Shown here one piece after another: positions 63,991 through 64,000 of a stretch of 64,000 bases of DNA (within the stretch, counting starts at the first letter, position 1; the number at the start of each line of letters is the position of its first letter). The stretch comes from Vicugna vicugna (lineage: Eukaryota). The position numbers and the translations under genes are program-made. The stretch is taken from assembly GCA_013265495.1 (NCBI GenBank), contig MU058781.1:9839009-9903008 (forward strand), in the 5' to 3' direction. The notes beneath the pieces are model-generated. The model was not told the DNA's origin. It was given only the letters and a program-made list of their open reading frames with translations, and did not search any database.

Positions 63991-64000
63991 CAAGTACACC

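Noticed and set aside
1..64000. CRISPR arrays, operons, prokaryotic defence systems, NUMTs, processed pseudogenes
   Set aside because: The sequence is mammalian repeat-rich DNA. I saw no regularly spaced repeat-spacer array, no gene-dense region and no recognisable mitochondrial or mRNA-derived segment.

Overview
Mammalian non-coding genomic DNA, most likely camelid. Two tRNA-derived SINEs match the camelid vic-1 type, and the young L1 3' ends are of the cetartiodactyl type; both assignments are from memory of consensus sequences, not a database search. No intact, recognisable protein-coding exon, RNA gene or CRISPR array was found. Much of the window is transposable-element debris: MIR, L2, L1M/HAL1, young L1 3' ends with TSDs, MLT1 and other ERV LTRs, hAT MERs, a near full-length Tigger1 with a broken transposase, and a Tigger1 internal-deletion derivative. 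Most L1s and both SINEs lie on the minus strand, which suggests one long intron of an unidentified + strand gene. The most interesting unexplained signals are (1) a ~4.5 kb apparently repeat-free island at 15.6-20 kb with promoter/enhancer-like motifs and two frame-compatible candidate exons, (2) a well-defined 14-nt minus-strand micro-exon candidate, (3) two YAG|GTAAGT recursive-splice-like sites sharing a 13-mer, (4) an 80-nt imperfect hairpin, and (5) retroposition oddities (3'-extended SINE, twin-primed L1). I see no solid evidence for a novel biological system; all candidates need alignment or RNA-seq. Boundaries of ancient repeats are approximate.
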